Made by a program: the position numbers and the translations under genes | Shown here: piece after piece, positions 52,147 to 64,000 of the stretch | Numbering within the stretch: the first letter of the stretch is position 1 | Layout of the letters: the number at the start of each line of letters is the position of its first letter | Assembly (NCBI GenBank): GCA_002269645.1 | Contig: NIVC01002694.1 | Location: forward strand, 1-64,000 | DNA from: Macrostomum lignano | Taxonomy: Eukaryota | DNA: 64,000 nt | Direction of reading: 5' to 3' | The notes under the pieces: generated by a model | What the model saw: only the letters and a program-made list of their open reading frames with translations | Told to the model about the DNA's origin: nothing | Databases searched by the model: none

Positions 52147-53117
52147 CTAGAAGTCTAACTTGGACACTTGGACCTTGTCAGTTTAAAACAGTCGAAAAAA
52201 TGTATAAAATTGATTTTTTTGTAATACTGTTAAATCTAGTTTTAGTATATTTTTTTAACTTCCTTATTGTTGTCAATGAACTTTAGAAATACTTTTTCAG
52301 AAAATCATAAACTAAATTGATAAATAATTACCTGCAAACAAGCTTTCATCCATTATCTCCAACAGTAGCTCGTAGTTATGTGATTCTAAAAAAAAGGTAT
52401 TGCAATAATATTAGTTTTAATTTTTGGGTAATTTTTTATTGGTGATCTTATTTTAATCTTATTAGCTATTTAATGACATATGTTAAGTACAGAATAAGAT
52501 GCAAAGTAAATATTCTCTAATTATTATAGTTTACTATAATATAAATTTTCATTGGTTAGTCAGGTTGTCTTTTATTTTAAAAATATTTTATGAAAAAACT
52601 TATATCACGTCAACACAGATTTACTAAAATAGTTATTTTTTAAATATGTTTCTGAATTTATTAATATTATGATAGCTACATTTAAATTTTTTATTTTGAC
52701 TGATAAAAGCAAGGTTTCTATTTTTCGTAATTGTAAACTTGTCTATATGAAATGTATTCCTTATTACAAAAATAGAGCACATAACTTACAACTGCTTTTG
52801 GTCGAAGTATAAACACTTTCTAGCTAATCGACTTACGCGGGAAGCAAAAAGTAATTTATAATTTATAAATTTATGACGCTGTATTGTGCCACTCTAAGCT
52901 TTATCCGTCTTTCGCGTTTCGTAGAGGCTTCTACGAAAACAGTAAATTTGATTCAATGCCAACGTCATCCATGTATAACAATTTACTATTATATTCGTTT
53001 TATTTTTTATACCGATTGACACCGTACTATATTAATACTAATAATTAATGTCCTATTTTATCATACTTATGCCCCAATGTATTAGATCATATATTAGTAT
53101 TAGCTTCGTATATTTGT

Positions 53118-53277
53118 CAGGGGCGTACCAGGAATTTCCTACGGGGGATACACCAAGGTAAAAGTGCTATGACAGAGCCACATGGTAGCATGTATAGCAA
53201 CACAGGGCAACAAAAAAGTTTTGGTCAGGCTCTTCGGGGGGAGATAAATCCCCCCTAGGCCCCCTCCCTACGCCCTG
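53118..53277. mobile_element. 160-bp hAT-type MITE
   Basis: Termini CAGGGGCGTA / TACGCCCTG; perfect 8-bp TSD ATATTTGT at 53110-17 and 53278-85. Confidence 0.85.
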
Positions 53278-54319
53278 ATATTTGTATTGTATTAAGCGGT
53301 CAGGTTAGGTTTCTCAAGGTACGTTTTTATAAGTCTGTTTAGGATCTAGGAATCCTAAACAGATTTAGAAATGGCTATTACTCAGATGTAAAGCACAAAT
53401 GATTAGATCTGAAGTTTTAAATGTATGTTAAATTAGCAATTAGATATATATGAATTGAAGGGCATCCATCGATCTTATGATTCATCCGCAGTTTCTTGAA
53501 ATACACGGATCACAAGTACATTCAATTACCTTTAAATAGATTACTTTGATTACTTATGATTCCATTTACTTTATTTACGTAACGGTTCTGATAAGTCGTC
53601 CCTAAATTGGAATAATAGCTGAGGAAATGAACTATTATTGCATGAAAAATAGTCATGTGTATATGTATCGACTCATCTAAAATAATAATAACCTTCTACT
53701 GTATCTGTTTGATTCAGCAGATAACTTTGTGGCTTCTTAAGCTTGATAAGAAAATTTTGACATAGTTTGCAACCAGGGTGTGATTTGTCACCTGGTGTCT
53801 CCCGGCCATCGAAGGATGATGATCTACATGTTGAATGCTTAATAGATTAATCGATCGGGATGCTTACGGTAGCAGTTAAGGCTTGTTCACTGTCAAGGTT
53901 TGATCAACAAAAGTATAGAGAAATTCGCAACACACGGTATACACAGTATGTTGAAAGTCCAGAAGCTCCGCCTGGATCATCTTCCCAACTGACAAAGAAG
54001 TCAAGAGCTGATGCTCTTGTGGTCGATGTGCTGACAAAATGTTTAGGCTTGGCAAGGCCGCACTGGAGCACGAAGGTGTATAAATACACTTAGCGCTTAT
54101 GGAAAAATCCGACCTCCTGGAATAATCATTGAATATCTCGAGAATTATTGAATTATCGGGGGGTCTCTTCTCTTGGTAATTCGATGGACAGAAAATACCT
54201 TGGTGAGAAAGTTTGTGTTTGTGCAAACTCGGAGCTGTTCCGATATTTTGCAGAGTCGTGAAGCACTGGAAGTTCCGCAAGTTCCGTACTCCCAGTTCCG
54301 CAAGCCCCCTGTCCGCCTG

Positions 54320-55725
54320 GTCACCTGGTCACCTTTGCGGACTGCAAGAGAAGGCGGCAGAACGCGCGCGGGTGGAACGCCACGAGGAGACTGGCGCAAC
54401 TCGATCATGCGCTGGTTCGCACTCGCGAGCGCCGCCGCGTTACCAACTGCGACACCATGGCTCCACTGGCTCTCCGGTCATACCACCGACTTCTGCTCTG
54501 CGTCTTGCGGCTCCGCGGCAACGGCGCTACTATCGCACCCTGTTGGACACCCGCGTGAAGCGTCAATTCGCGGACGCCTTCGTCGGCGCACTTGGAGACG
54601 GTCTGCAGTCGGTGCTGAACCCGTACCAGCGGTACGAGCAGAACGGATTAGGCCGCAACGCGGTACAGAGACACAGATCCTCGCACTCAGCCGTGTCATC
54701 GAGGAGGCGTGCAACCGCCAGTCTACGCTGATCATTGTCTTCGGTGACTTTCGAAAGGCGTTTGACTCGGTGTTGAAGAGCCGCTGAGACACTTTATCAG
54801 AAGTTTTGCAGGGCGACACGCTGGCGCCGTTCCTTTTCGTGCTCTTCGTGCTGGACTGGGTGCTTCGGACCGCACTCCCCTCGGCTAACGACGGCTTCCT
54901 GCTGCGCAGACGCATCGGTCGCCCCCACGGCGAAAAGCGCCTGAACGTTCTTGGCTACGCCGACGACCTCGCCCTCTTGTCCTCGTCCGTTGAAAGGCGC
55001 CCAGCGCCAGATTGACAAGCTGGTTGAGGTGGAATCGAGCGTCGGTCTGGTTGTCAACACGCTGAAGACCGAGGTGCTGACTGTGCCGGCCGATATCACA
55101 GCGGACCTGACGTGCCGCGGCGCAGATGGGCAGACGACCAGGCTCGCACGCTGCCAGTGGGTCACCTACCTCGGCGGTATGGTGCCCGACGTGGAGAAAG
55201 ACCTCCGGCGGCTCAGAGGACTTGCCTAGGCAGCCTTCCGTTCGATCCGGGCTGTCGTCCAATCCGAAGCGCTGCCCGACCGCCAGAGGGCTCGGCTGTG
55301 GCAGGCGGTGGTCAAGACCATTCTGCTCTACAACGCCGAGACGTGGACGCTGACGGCTACGCTGGAGCGTCAGCTGGACTCGGCGCACTCAGGGCTGCTC
55401 CGTGCGGCCTTTCGAGCTGACGAGAGCGTCGGGACCGAGGCCCTGTACGATCGGGCCAAGCTGCCCGTCCATCATCCTGCGCCGGCGGTGACTTCAACTG
55501 GCGGACCACGTGATCCGGGCCGAGGGCTACTGCCCCCAACCTGTTGAGGACGTCCTGCTGCTCACCTTGCAGGGCCCGTTCAGGCCGGGTCAGGCCCGAA
55601 CCCGTCAATACGTGGACTGCCTGCTGTGCGACGCTGCCAATGGAGCGGACTTCGTTCATTCTCAGGCTGCTTCGGCGCGCCATCTGACGCGCCCTGCTCT
55701 AACTGTGACCTTGCATGCGGGGCTG
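54320..55725 (+). mobile_element. Internally deleted RTE-like LINE, copy 3
   Basis: EN end (LDHALVRTR...SYHRLL); RT motifs IVFGDFRKAFDSV, LQGDTLAPFLF, LGYADDLALL, VNTLKTEVL, TYLGG, VKTILLYNAETW. Confidence 0.85.
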
Positions 55726-55732
55726 CGTACTT

Positions 55733-56404
55733 TGTTGTAGTTGTTGTTGCTTTTTAGTTTCGTTTTTAGCAAACTGGGGGTTTGATTCGTTCACAGCCTT
55801 GACCCTCTATGAATTCTGCCCACAGCTTACGACCGGCGTTGGGGCTGCTGCACAGGTCCGCGTGGCAGGTAATACCGAGGGTGCGGCGGGTCCCTTCCAG
55901 ATTCGCGCACTCCACGGCCACGTGGATATTGCTTGTTGATGTTGGATGATGTTGTTGGAAGAGCCATTTTGCGCGCCTATGTACCGGCACCTGCTCCATC
56001 GTCTTCCAGAACGAAGTTCTCGCCATCAGCTCCTGCGCCATGGAGCTGTACAATCAGCGCTTCTGGGGGAAGGAGATTACCCTCCACTTGGACAGTCAAG
56101 CGGCGATTCACGCCCTTGAGCGCACCACTACCTGCTCGCGTACAGTCCTCGACTGCATCGGGCAGCTCAACCGCTTAGGCGCCTCTAACAAGGTGTCCCT
56201 AAGGTGGATCCCCGGGCACTCGGGCCACCCCGGCAACGAGCTGGCCGATCGCCTGGCCAAGGCTGGCTCGACCGGTTCTTTTACTGGTCCCCTGCCCGTG
56301 GCCCCCACCTCCATCGCCGTTGTCACCACTCGGATCAACCAGCGGGTGGCTTCTAAGCTCAGTGAGAGGTGGGCTAACGCCCCCGACTGCCGGCAATCCA
56401 TGTT
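55733..56404 (-). mobile_element. RNase H-bearing LINE fragment with internal inversion
   Basis: Plus strand ~55945-56400 encodes RNase H ([35 protein letters not shown]). Minus strand ~55940-55766 encodes the downstream HVAVEC tail, followed by a CAA-rich tail at 55750-55733. Confidence 0.7.
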
Positions 56405-57433
56405 TAAGTAAGTCAAGTAAGTCAGGCGCCTATGTTTAACGTGGGCCCTAGAAGCCATTGACGTGTTGATTCTTAACAGATCTTGTCTATCTTCTTGGGT
56501 TGCTACGCAAGACTTGCAAGAACGTGCAAGATCTTCGCTATGTTAATACTTAGGTAAACTTACCAGATCTGGGCGACTTGCTACGTCGTGCAAGATGTTA
56601 ACTTTTATATCTTTTTAAAGCTTCGAATCGCATATTTTATTAATTTTATTGTCCCATTTTGCCATAAAATAAATAATAATAAAGCTAGAACACTTTGGCC
56701 AAATGAATGACAAAACAAATGTACCTCCCTTCTTAGAAGATCCTGCAAGAACCGAGCAGATTGAGAAGATCTGCTAAGAATGGCACAGAGACAAGATCTG
56801 CTAAGTTTGAGAAACAGAATGTCCTCTAGGATGACTTTTTTAGAGGTTCGGCCCAAAAACGTGCGTCCTGACACCTACACCTCTCCCCTTTGTGGCCACT
56901 CGTGGCCGGCGAGAGGTTAAAATTGTTGTTGTTGTTGTCTTTGACTTTGTATGCATTTACACCAAAGATTTATAAACAATTATGCATTATTTTCTTAGCA
57001 AGTCGTCAACAAGGCTTATTGTTGTGAAACTGTTGTGAATATTCAATTCTTGTGAAACTACATAAAACTGTACAGCCTCAAAGACATTGAATCGTAAAAC
57101 TTGCACAGTCCGCGGCCGGTTGCAATATCGAATGTTACATCATGTACCTCGTTATTATTCTAGGAGTCTATCCAGCGTACGAGAACGTACTGAACACTAC
57201 ATTACCAACATTGATGGTAAAACATTGCCTAATCAGGCGTTACACTTAAAATTGGAGAGACTGAAATGTTTAACGAAATTGAAACAATCGGGCATCGTTA
57301 CTTGGTAAGAAAACGTTTTTATTATCAGTTTCTATCAAGTTCGCCAGCCAACTTTTTGTCACCGAATTCGTTATAGTCTGTCGCGTACACTTGCTCGCCA
57401 ATTTATACTTTTAGAGACGATCGCACGTACCGG

Positions 57434-57527
57434 TCACCAGCAGAACAGCCACTTGCAGGAGAATTTCGACGAATGATAATTATAGGCCTTGCCAGGGACG
57501 CTTTTTATCGCGCTGCGCTTGCCAAAT
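57434..57527 (-). CDS. npf: Neuropeptide F precursor, exon 2
   Basis: Acceptor TTTTCAG|A completes Arg (CG+A); then FGKR (amidation and dibasic site) SAIKSVPGKAYNYHSSKFSCKWLFCW*. Confidence 0.9.
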
Positions 57528-57839
57528 CTGAAAATTTGGGAACAATTATAGGAGAGAAGATTAGACTAATTATACAGCATCCATCACTGGCAAAACTATA
57601 GTGCGGTGGAATCTATAGTAGAGTGAAGCAATTAAGAATAAATTTTCTATTATTGAAGCTTCATGGTGCACACAAAACAGTTCCAATTCGAAGAAAAAGA
57701 TGGGAAACAAAAATGAAAGCGTTGCAAAATATGGAAGAATAGTGAGATCAGATAAAAATTGCAGACAAACTTGAGTAGTTCTGACTACTTTCGTTTTTTG
57801 AGCATGCCAGTTTAAATGTTTAACAAAGCATTCTTAAAA

Positions 57840-58416
57840 GGGGTTGTAGCCTACACCTTTTTGCCTTCTATTACGATAAAACTGCATTCAATTTCGGCAA
57901 CTCGAGTTTCTATTTAGACAAACTGATTTTCAATTTCGGAAAACTGCGCACACAATTTCGACAGCGCCAATCTAAGAAGGGAATACATACAGAAGAGAGG
58001 GATTTCTTAGATTCTGCACAAGTACTGCATTTGGAGTACATAAAAAGGTGTAGAAACTCGAGTTGCCGAAATTGAAGCCAGTTTGCCGAAATTGAATCCA
58101 GTTTTATCGAAATAGAACGCAAAAAGGTGTAGTGGTTAGAGCGTCGGACTCACGACTGAAAGGTTGGGGGTTCGATTCTCGACCCACTCGGAACAATTTG
58201 TGTTCTTGGACAAGACAACTTGAGTCTACATTGCTTCAGTTCACCCAGCTCTAAAATGGGTGCCAGTATTAGTTGGGGTAATTGAGGATCTGTGGTGACC
58301 CCCCTGTCCTTGGACTGAACAGCCGTACGCAGCCTTCAGATGCGCAGCGCAATAGCTGCAGCTGAGCTGTCGGTTGCACATCTGGCCATTAGGGCAGGTG
58401 TAATCAATAATAATAA
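57840..58416 (+). mobile_element. tRNA-derived SINE with CORE/Meta-like central domain (interrupted by a MITE)
   Basis: Removing 57854-58131 restores GGGGTTGTAGCCTAGTGGTTAGAGCG (A box). B box GGTTCGATTCTC at 58169-80; central TGTGTTCTTGGACAAGAC...CACCCAGCTCTAAAATGGGT; (AAT)n tail near 58406-16. Confidence 0.8.
57854..58129. mobile_element. 276-bp MITE with long TIRs and TA TSD
   Basis: Termini CACCTTTTTGC...GCAAAAAGGTG with ~40-60 bp of inverted similarity; TA at 57852-53 and 58130-31. Confidence 0.8.
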
Positions 58417-58451
58417 CTATTACTCTAAAAACGGATTATTATTTGACCTAC

Positions 58452-58702
58452 CGAGGCCTTCCAGCAAGAGCAAGGGCACTGTGCAGCTGCATTAGATAAT
58501 TTGCCAGCTCGCTGGGACTCTCCACGCCGAGACCATAGCCAACCTTCGCTTTCTTGTCGATGCTCATTGAGCTCTCGTCAGTAGGCTGCTTCATCATCGC
58601 AGGTGCACTTTGGCAGATGGGCACGAGCTGACAGCAAATCAGCGTCACCACCAGAAGCATCATCATCCTCAGCAGAGGTTTCCGTCGTTGTTGAAAAGGC
58701 AT
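58452..58702 (-). CDS. npf: Neuropeptide F (NPY-family) precursor, exon 1
   Basis: Signal-peptide-like MPFQQRRKPLLRMMMLLVVTLICCQLVPICQS, KK site, then AKVGYGLGVESPSELANYLMQLHSALALAGRP-R. Phase-2 donor CG|GTAGGT splits the penultimate Arg codon, the intron position conserved in NPY/NPF genes. Confidence 0.92.
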
Positions 58703-61700
58703 CTTTTAGATCCAAGCAAATTTGCGAATATGGTCTCTGAAACCACTTTGAAACCATAGCAGCGGAATTGTCTATAGATCCGAGCAGATTTATATGATTC
58801 ATTTTGCCGAAGTCTTCAGTATCATGTTACTCCATCGGACACTGATCGGGGTTACTTAAAAAAATTGCGAATAATCAGAATTGACGAGAGAACACTGCAA
58901 GAGCCTAGTGATTCGATTGCGATTCTATTTAAAACTCTGAGTTGGTAAAGATCTGACGCGACACGCGCGAAGATGTCAGAAAAAATCCCAATGATCTTTA
59001 AATAATGCAACACCTTTAGCCGCGTCAATTTGCTACGAGGCAACAAGTCATGCAAGTATCTGTTTCAAAGCCGCTTTGCCTAATTGTTACGTCATGATCA
59101 CTGACGAGTGTGGTGATTTACACCTGTAGGATAGGAGCTGCATATATTTGACCCATGGATCAACATTTGACCATGTAAAAAGCTATAATTAGAAGTAATT
59201 AAAAGTATAAATTAAGTTATTGAATGCCAATCGATATAACTGTATTAACGATACATTAATCATAAGTGACAGCAATACAACGTATCACCGCCACGCAGCG
59301 GACACTCGGTTTACATACATAGTTGCGTCGTTGCATGCTTATGCATGTAGTCGACCAACCGAAATGCACTCGCAATACTACCAGCCAGACACTAAGCTAT
59401 AAAAAAAAATTAAGTATATTTCTTATTAAATTTGCGATGCGTTTCGGTCAAGTACTGCATGGACCATTTTCAAGCAGCGAATTCATTTTTATTTCTGCTA
59501 ACGAAAGTTCACACGGAATTAAATAGGTCATTTATTGCAAAATGTGATGAAGACGCACTTTTTTTCCGAATTCCACGCTCGCAAATGGGTTCTAAACAAT
59601 TGTTAGCCTACTAACAGCAGGTTATGGGCATTTTGTTTTCTTTTTATGTAACCTTTCCAAGAATTCATACTAGTAGGATCTTCGCAGCTATATGATTTTA
59701 CCATACTTTTAGTCATAATAACATAGGCGCAGTTTTCGCTACTTTTGGGGTCATAAATCATTCCTTGTGAGCTGGTCTGACAGCCCGTACCTGCGCCTCA
59801 CTCAGTGTTGAGGCGGCGCCAGATGGTCTGAGAGGATGCGGGCGGTAGCTTTTTTCTCATCATTTTTGACAGGCCATCAGATTTAAGAGGTCAGGGCCTA
59901 TTGTTCGTGTTCACTCAAACGTTTGACAGCTTTGACAGCTATGCGTTTTACCCCAAAAAGACTAAGTCTTTGGGATTAGCGATTAGCGATTTCTCTTCAC
60001 CATCTTCACTTTCTACAATATTTAATAAGATCTTTCTAAAGCATATTTTTGTCATAAATTTTTGTAATTCCTTCGCGAAAAGTGATAAATCATAATGCAA
60101 GCGATTTTGAGTGATTTATGACAACACCTGGCGCATTTTTATGGCCCTGAGGGAACTGATAGGATCTTTTGGTGATGTAAGTTTGGGTGGCAACAAGCTC
60201 AGCCAATCAGAAAATTCGACGTCAGTTAATATAACAAATCGGCTCAGCCAATCAGCGTCGAGGTGTTCCATTTGTACAAACTGCGGTCCAGTTGGCGGCT
60301 ATTTAAACCGATGTTGTTGGCCCGTTCGGACTCAACTTTTCCGGAACCCGGATCTAACACCTCGGACCGCTTACCTCGGCCTATCGACACCCGACCGTCG
60401 TCCCTTGATCCCCTGATTGCGACCCCCCCCCATCATCAAAGACGAGTCCCCCGGTCGACGGCATCAATCATTGAGGTTAAGATCATCACCTGCTAGCTAT
60501 CAGCAAAGACTGTGACATCATCATCCCGGGCCTACAGCTGCGAAGCACTAAGCCGATTCGGTCACTGTGGATTACCTGGTCTCTGACTGTTGAGTTTCTG
60601 ATTGGGTGAGAGGCTACCTAGACTTGCTTGATTGGGTGATTCCTTATCTGTCCCATATTTCAGTAGCTGGATTAGACGCACACTTTTGCTCATTTTGTTC
60701 AGTAGTGCTGTTTCTGAGGCAGAAATCACCTAATGATACTGCTAGTAGTCTAATTACTCCGATTCAATCTGAAGTGTGAAGTGATTTAGTGCGAGAAGGT
60801 TAAATATGACAGTTATTTTTATTGGTTTTATTTCTTTGTTCGCCGATGGCTCAGATGAGTGGCTAAGCTAGTAGGCGCCGGTCACAGTGGACCAATGGCA
60901 AGGCAGTTCTCAGTCGATCAATATCTATCAATTGAGTTAGCGAAATTGCCAATAGTGCAAGATCGGCGCTAGAGGTGTACTCATGTGCACCCTAGATTCG
61001 CCAAGCGGCTCGGGTAAATGAATCATGCGGTCTCCGGAGTTCAAGAATTAGCTAGTCTATCATCAGCGCTACGAAAGGCTGGTTGGCGCGTTGAAGGCCA
61101 AAAAAGTACAAACCCTCGGATTTAGCAATGCAATAGTACATCTAGCCACCCCATAGTCTCGCCACCGCAAGAATCCCCTGCACAAGTCGCCTCTGTACCT
61201 GCATGGCCAATGCGATCAAGTCCCAGCAGTGTCCCTTATCATCGGCTATGACTTCGAGATTGACAGCAAAAAGACACTAGTTGGCAGGTAAGTGCTGAAG
61301 CCCCTTCTAGTCGGAAGCCCGATTTCGAAAGTTCCGGTTTGGTGAGCCAGAACGCACGGGCTGGTGGCAGCGGATGAGTTAATCTGCGGATTAGCTGATA
61401 TATCTCTACCTTCAAAATTCTCCCTGCTTGTCTCTCGCTGTACCTCTTTTAGCTATAGGACCTAGACTGCTCGCCACAGATCAAGCTACCTCGGGGCTGA
61501 CCATCTGACAGGAGTGGGGGGCCAGGACTCTAATTGATTTATTTCTGAGACCTGAGGCCCGAAGGCTCTCTCCAAAGGCTTTCTCCTAGAAGCCGAAAAG
61601 GCCGAAACCCATGAAATGAACAAAATAACAATAGGGGATTAAATGTCTCTGTACAGTTCAGAGCAAACCCCCGATTTGCTCACTATCACCCGGCCCATTT

Positions 61701-64000
61701 TGCTCTGATACATGTATACAAAAGTTGAGCTGACATTGAGCTGAGATACACAAGCTAGCAAAATGACTCTCACGCAGCTAGATGGTCCAATTAGCGCACG
61801 TACCTTATATTTTTACTACTCCTCGGCCTTATAGTAATTCTCTAGGTAAAAACCTCTCGACACGCTTAATCAAGAGAATGCATGACGAAGGTCAAGAAGG
61901 TCAAGATGCGCCAGCATGCAGTAGACAATGTAAAGTCTAGCAAAAATGAAAGTCTCAAGCTGAAAAGCAGAAATTATCAGTTAAAGTCAATTTAAGGGCA
62001 TAAAAACTATTACCCAAAACTGTCTGATTTCAATTGAATCGGCATTCGAGAATCGACCGAATCGATTGCAGGAGCATTGTATTACATTACAAATTAATGA
62101 TGGTTGACAAGTAAAGAACTGAACAACTCGATAAGCTTCGATTTGAATAACTTAAAAAATTAAAGTTAAATGATTAGGCGTGCTTCAGAAATGGTGCGTT
62201 CAAGTTGTTTTGAATGGCTATTTATTATTAATATTATTATGATTAATATTGTCTTAGCGCGATTTTAAAACACTATCCTCGATAATTAAATTAACGTAGA
62301 GTTTACGTTAATACGTGAAGTCAGCCTAATGCAAGAAACATTTTTACTTCTGCATTTGCTTAGGCCTATTCATTTTAATTTGCATTTTGCAAGCCTATCT
62401 AAATTACCTATGCTCGAAAAAAATATTTTTTTACAAAGTCTTTATAATTTTACAAATCCTACAAAGTATATATGTTATGTGTGTGATTGATTCCAGAAAA
62501 AATGTTTCATAATCTTACTTATTATTTAATTTCAAGCCAATTTGGCATACCTACCTTAGCTACATTAGCAGTTTAAGCTGTTTTTAGTGTTAGCTTTTTG
62601 CTTAGAAATTATTTGCAGTAATTTATAGTATCGTATATATCTTATATATATTTAGATTATTAAGCTAATTTCTCATTTTTATTATATTTAGATAATATAA
62701 TATTTAGGGCCTCTAGTTCTAATAGTAGTAGACCCATTTTTGTTTATCTATGATATTTATTTAGTTTTTCATAAATTAAAATTGCATGTTTAGATAGGAG
62801 TGACACTAATAATAAGGTGCAACCTTAGATTATAATTAATGCTTAGTTTAGTTTAGTTGTAAGTTGACCTATTACATTTGAATGAAATACTAGTATGGTG
62901 GCCTCAAGAATAAGCAAAGGCAAATAAATGCGACAGAGGCAAATTTTTAGCAGTAGCACTTGGCCATAATATCAATTAAGTTGATGCTAAAGCAATCAAT
63001 GGTTGCAGACTTGCAGACTTGGTTTATTGTCAACAGAAATACAAGTTGGATTCGTAACAATGCACTGGCAACTATACAACAACTAGTTAGATAGCTTAGG
63101 TAGTAGAAGTGGCATGGCTAAGAGTGGCAGAGGCGTGGCCCAAGGCTATGGCAGAGCAAGGTGGAGAGAAAGAAGGCGGCAAGTAAACAAGTAAAGGCAG
63201 CAAGAGTCTACAAGTCTATAAGGGCTCCCAAGTGACAGCGTGGCGGCAAAGCGGAGTGAAGAGGAGCGGAGCCAGTCTAAGCAGGTTGGAAAAGAGTCTA
63301 AACCCCGAGCGCACAGCTAGACAGAATTGATAAGGAGCAGGCTGGGGGGTGGCACCTGAGAGAATTTAGTATAATTAATGCCTGGCTAAGAAAAACAGGA
63401 ATAGAAATTATTTATCATCTGCTATATGCAGGGTTTACAATTGTATGTAGCTGATTAAAATTCTTTGGGCACTACTTTAAGCAGACATGAGAATATGAAA
63501 CTAGTAATATTAAAGATTGGTACCATATGTCAAAATGACCCTTGGCGGGGCTACGTAAACTGACAATGTCACAATGATTCAAATAAAATTTTATGTATCT
63601 AATGATATTAGTAAATATAAGAATAATTATGCAACAAGTTAAAGAATAAAGTTTATCTTTTACAAAAATATAATTTTAATTTGAACTTTAATATTCTACC
63701 CTAATCTATTTTTACCAAATATTTTTTAAGAATAAGAATAATTTTTCAATTTTAAGATAATATATTCTAGATTAGAGTTTATTATATATAAAACAATATC
63801 ATATTATGCAAAACTAGTATTGTTGTTTTTTGCTTTTTTATTATCTAAGTTTATCAATGATAAAAAATAATATTGATCTCTCTTTAAACTCTAGCTAAAA
63901 GTACATTAATAAAGAATGCACAGAATGTCAAGCTGCCCAGCTGTTGAACTGAACTGGCAACTGCCTAACCATCAGAGCCAATGCAAATTTAAAATCGATC

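Noticed and set aside
53860-54093. 77-aa ORF upstream of LINE copy 3
   Set aside because: No recognisable motif or splice context.
59765-59850. Similarity to the 3' part of the SINE at 58300-58400
   Set aside because: Too short and diverged to annotate by eye.
60100-61500. GC-richer block as a possible LTR or DIRS element
   Set aside because: No paired LTRs, PBS or coding motif could be identified within the window.

Overview
Repeat-rich metazoan DNA, not prokaryotic. The spliced GT-AG genes, polyQ/polyA-rich exons, GRPRF-amide neuropeptide F gene and dense minisatellites suggest a free-living flatworm such as Macrostomum (inference). Five protein-coding genes are supported: (1) an intronless FMRFamide/myosuppressin-receptor-like class A GPCR (+, 7545-8864); (2) a four-exon SNRK kinase (-, 21195-16060); (3) a Tre1/moody/GPR84-like GPCR (+, ~34755-38098) whose second exon carries repeated 1-bp deletions; (4) a divergent PX-BAR sorting-nexin-like gene (-, 52146-47912, 5' exon(s) not located); (5) an NPF/NPY precursor (-, 58702-57434) whose C-terminal extension ends in a Cys-x4-Cys ring (CKWLFC). 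Mobile DNA: a full-length but nonsense-disrupted DD37E IS630/Tc1/mariner transposon, three decayed RTE-like LINEs (two associated with fragments of an RNase H-bearing LINE), a tRNA-derived SINE split by a TA-targeting MITE, a hAT-type MITE, and a 190-bp TSD-flanked insertion carrying a minimal hammerhead ribozyme. About 20 distinct micro- and minisatellite arrays fill intergenic DNA and nearly every intron. Most long ORFs in the supplied track are translations of these repeats. All coordinates and motif matches were read by eye; no database searches were run.
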